Shown here piece after piece: positions 27,441 to 30,103 of a stretch of 30,103 nt of DNA (its first letter is position 1; each line of letters starts with the position of its first letter). The stretch lies in the NCBI GenBank assembly GCA_964610075.1, contig CAZSUR010000002.1, positions 1 through 30,103 of the forward strand. Reading direction: 5' to 3'. The stretch is from an uncultured Lachnospiraceae bacterium (GTDB lineage Bacteria > Bacillota > Clostridia > Oscillospirales > CAG-272). A program made the position numbers and the translations under genes. Under the pieces are notes generated by a model. The model had not been told where the DNA came from, searched no databases, and saw only the letters and a program-made list of their open reading frames with translations.

Positions 27441-27488
27441 AAAATCCCCTATCCCGTACACAGATGCACAGGATAGGGGATTTATTTT
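27441..27488. terminator. Terminator after typA (bidirectional shape)
   Basis: AAATCCCCTATCC...GGATAGGGGATTT stem with T runs on both strands. Confidence 0.75.
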
Positions 27489-27564
27489 CGTTATTTCAAG
27501 CTGCCGCAGCTTTATGCGGCTCACATGAGCCGTTCCGGCTCGTTCCCGGCTTGTCCGTCGAGCC

Positions 27565-29385
27565 TTACTTCGCTCTCGCCTGAGCCTTCAAACGGAGTGC
27601 GGTGTTGAGTATACGCTTACGCAGACGTATATTCTTCGGCGTTACCTCGATAAGCTCGTCGTCGGTGATAAACTCGATAGCCTCCTCCAAGCTCATAACT
27701 CTCGGAGTGACAAGACGAAGCGCCTCATCCGCTCCTGCCGAGCGGATAGCGGTAAGCTGCTTCTTCTTGCATACGTTAACGGCTATATCTCCCGCCTTCG
27801 GGGATTCTCCGACTATCATTCCCTCGTATACCGGAGTTGCGGCTCCGACGAACATCTGACCGCGCTCCTGCGTGTTGTAAAGTCCGTATGAGGTCGTCTC
27901 TCCCGTCTCGGAGGCAACGAGCGAGCCGGTATGACGGAGCGGAATATCTCCCTTATACGGCATATAGCTGTCGAACACCGAGTTCATGATGCCCTCTCCG
28001 TGTGTATCGGTCATAAACTGACTGCGATATCCGAAAAGGCATCTCGCCGGGATAAGATACTCAAGCTTCATACGGCTTCCCACAAGTCCCATCTCAAGCA
28101 GCTCGCCCTTACGTGAGCCGAGTGCCTCCATAACGGCGCCGAGATAGGTCTCCGGAACGTCTATTATAACGCGCTCGAACGGCTCGTTCTTTCTGCCGTC
28201 GATCTCGCGGAAGAGCACGCGCGGCGTGCTTACGCACAGCTCGTAGCCCTCGCGGCGCATATTCTCTATAAGGATGGAGAGGTGCATCTCGCCTCTTCCG
28301 GCAACAAGGAAGCTGTCGGTCGTGTCACCGTCGGTAACGCGAAGCGAAACATCCTTAAGCAGCTCTCTGTAAAGGCGCTCGCGTATCTGGCGCGAGGTAA
28401 CGTACTTTCCCTCCTTGCCGGCAAACGGGCTGTCGTTTACCGAGAAGGTCATCTCGATCGTCGGCTCGCTTATCTTGACAAAGGGCAACGGCTCGGGTGC
28501 CGAAACCGAGGTTATCGTATCGCCTATCGTTATATTTTCCGCACCGGAGAAGCATACGATATCTCCGGGATATGCCACCTCCATCGGACGGCGTACAAGT
28601 CCGTCAAATTCATTCAGCGAAACGATGCGCGTCTTTACCTTCTGCTCGGGATTATGGTAGTTGCATACAAGCACCTCTTGGTTGACCTTGAGGCTTCCGC
28701 GCTCAACGCGGCCGATTCCCATACGTCCGACGTACTCGCTGTAATCTATCGAGGAAACAAGAAGCTGAAGCTCGCCCTGCTCGTCTCCCTGCGGAGGCTG
28801 GATATATTCGAGTATCGTCTCGAACAACGGAACGAGATCCTTGCCCTCCTCGTACGGGGATAGCGATGCCGTTCCTGCACGTCCTGAGCAGAAAATCATC
28901 GGGCTGTCGAGCTGCTCGTCGGTCGCATTAAGATCAAGCAACAGCTCGAGCACCTCCTCCTCGACCTCCTCGAGACGAGCGTCCGGACGGTCGATCTTGT
29001 TTATTACGACGATAACGCGATGATTCAGCTCAAGCGCGCGCTGGAGCACGAAGCGAGTCTGAGGCATCGGACCCTCTGCGGCGTCGACAAGCAGAAGCAC
29101 GCCGTTCACCATCTTGAGTATACGCTCAACCTCGCCGCTGAAATCGGCGTGGCCGGGGGTATCTATGATATTTATCTTGACATCCTTATAGTGCACGGCG
29201 GTGTTCTTGGAAAGTATGGTTATGCCGCGCTCGCGCTCGAGGGCGTTACTGTCCATAACGCGCTCCTCGGTAGCCTGATTCTCACGGTAGACTCCGCCCT
29301 GCTTCAGCATCTCGTCGACAAGGGTAGTCTTTCCGTGGTCAACGTGTGCGATTATCGCAATATTTCTCAGTTCTTCTCTAATCAA
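27565..29385 (-). CDS. typA: Translational GTPase TypA/BipA
   Basis: Likely TTG start at 29385 (GGAG 9 nt upstream) giving MIREELRNIAIIAHVDHGKTTL; ERERGITI, DTPGHADF, NKID, GRGEMHLSIL, EVTPKNIRLRK. Confidence 0.97.
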   Translation of the reverse strand: MIREELRNIAIIAHVDHGKTTLVDEMLKQGGVYRENQATEERVMDSNALERERGITILSKNTAVHYKDVKINIIDTPGHADFSGEVERILKMVNGVLLLVDAAEGPMPQTRFVLQRALELNHRVIVVINKIDRPDARLEEVEEEVLELLLDLNATDEQLDSPMIFCSGRAGTASLSPYEEGKDLVPLFETILEYIQPPQGDEQGELQLLVSSIDYSEYVGRMGIGRVERGSLKVNQEVLVCNYHNPEQKVKTRIVSLNEFDGLVRRPMEVAYPGDIVCFSGAENITIGDTITSVSAPEPLPFVKISEPTIEMTFSVNDSPFAGKEGKYVTSRQIRERLYRELLKDVSLRVTDGDTTDSFLVAGRGEMHLSILIENMRREGYELCVSTPRVLFREIDGRKNEPFERVIIDVPETYLGAVMEALGSRKGELLEMGLVGSRMKLEYLIPARCLFGYRSQFMTDTHGEGIMNSVFDSYMPYKGDIPLRHTGSLVASETGETTSYGLYNTQERGQMFVGAATPVYEGMIVGESPKAGDIAVNVCKKKQLTAIRSAGADEALRLVTPRVMSLEEAIEFITDDELIEVTPKNIRLRKRILNTALRLKAQARAK

Positions 29386-29445
29386 TTTCAAAATCTCCGA
29401 TACAAATTTATTCCTGCCCCGATGGGGCTCGTTTGCCAAAGTGTA

Positions 29446-29474
29446 ATTATATCACATTATTTTATCAAATACAA
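29446..29474 (-). promoter_or_regulatory. sigA-type promoter for typA
   Basis: TTGTAT-17 nt-TATAAT with an extended TG. Confidence 0.6.
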
Positions 29475-29525
29475 TAAAATTTTTTTAAAAAATCACGGAG
29501 TCCCGCACTCGATCGCGGCAAGCAT

Positions 29526-29565
29526 ACGATCCTCGTGACGATCCTCGTGACGATCCTCGCAACGA
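29526..29565. repeat. Tandem repeat, ~3.3 copies of ACGATCCTCGTG
   Basis: ACGATCCTCGTG ACGATCCTCGTG ACGATCCTCGCA ACGA read directly from the sequence. Confidence 0.9.
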
Positions 29566-29711
29566 GAATCGCATTGCCCCGCCTCGTCGATGCCCCGCTA
29601 TTCACACCGATTTAGCTGCGCTCCTGCCGATTTCGCTTCTCACGGCGATGTCGCAGCCGAGCTTTTGGCGGCTCGCCCAATGGAGTTGTCGGATGCGCGG
29701 CTCGCCCCTCC

Positions 29712-29745
29712 AAAAAACTCACGGGAACGCGCAGGCGTCCCCGTG
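29712..29745 (-). terminator. Terminator after the last minus-strand gene
   Basis: CACGGGGACGC-CTGC-GCGTTCCCGTG then AG and T6 on the minus strand. Confidence 0.8.
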
Positions 29746-29752
29746 GGCAGAG

Positions 29753-30103
29753 TTATTCCTTTTCGTTTTCGGTATCGGTGCTCGTCTCGGCATCCGCTTC
29801 GATTGCGCTCTCCGAGCCGGATATATCCTCGGTCAGCACGTCGTGGGGGATGCCCGTCTCGGTGCTCACCTTCTGCATATCCTCGCCGCTGAGCAGTCTT
29901 GCCTCATTCGGAGGTATCGCATCGCTTCCGATATGATGATATTCAGCCTCCTTCAGTTCAAGCCCGGACTCGACTCGCGATATGGGATTGTGCAAAAGGA
30001 TATAGTTGATCGCAAATATCAAGAGACCGACGATTATTATAAAGCCAGCCTTGAAAAGATTCTCGTTTGTGAACATGATAGCCGCGATTCCGAGTATTCC
30101 GCA
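29753..30103 (-). CDS. C-terminal part of a membrane protein, 5' end outside the window
   Basis: Frame is open to the window edge (CGILGIAAI precedes the track start MFTNEN); hydrophobic helices then an acidic tail. Confidence 0.7.
   Translation of the reverse strand, partial: CGILGIAAIMFTNENLFKAGFIIIVGLLIFAINYILLHNPISRVESGLELKEAEYHHIGSDAIPPNEARLLSGEDMQKVSTETGIPHDVLTEDISGSESAIEADAETSTDTENEKE

Noticed and set aside
27056-27442. 128-aa minus-strand ORF between rny and typA
   Set aside because: No RBS or motif, runs through the rny terminator and overlaps the rny stop.
29526-29565. CRISPR array
   Set aside because: Repeats are 12 bp, directly adjacent with no spacers, and no cas genes are present.

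Overview
A high-GC chromosomal segment from a spore-forming Clostridia-type bacterium (Bacillota), made up mostly of core genes. These are a partial Xaa-Pro peptidase, ftsK/spoIIIE, spoIIGA-sigE, rplJ-rplL with an L10 leader, radA, a cwlD-like amidase, a Xer-type recombinase, a D,D-carboxypeptidase, metAA, nth, thiI, rny and typA. A run of stand-alone accessory units sits where sigG usually follows sigE: an SGNH hydrolase, a small terminase-small-subunit-like ORF, an orphan glycyl-radical activase and a MATE transporter. I see no rRNA, tRNA, CRISPR array, transposase or prophage, and I cannot honestly claim a complete new multi-gene system. The best leads are: (1) an in-frame amber TAG at codon 153 of otherwise intact metAA; (2) a 40-aa Cys-rich membrane microprotein below the ORF-track cutoff, with a strong RBS and a sigE/sigK-like promoter; (3) spoIIGA apparently starting at ACG; (4) the MATE gene, which has a terminator-containing leader and is bracketed by a 13-bp direct repeat; and (5) near-identical (27/31 nt) promoters in front of metAA and typA. 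Family calls rest on motif recognition from memory, not on database searches.
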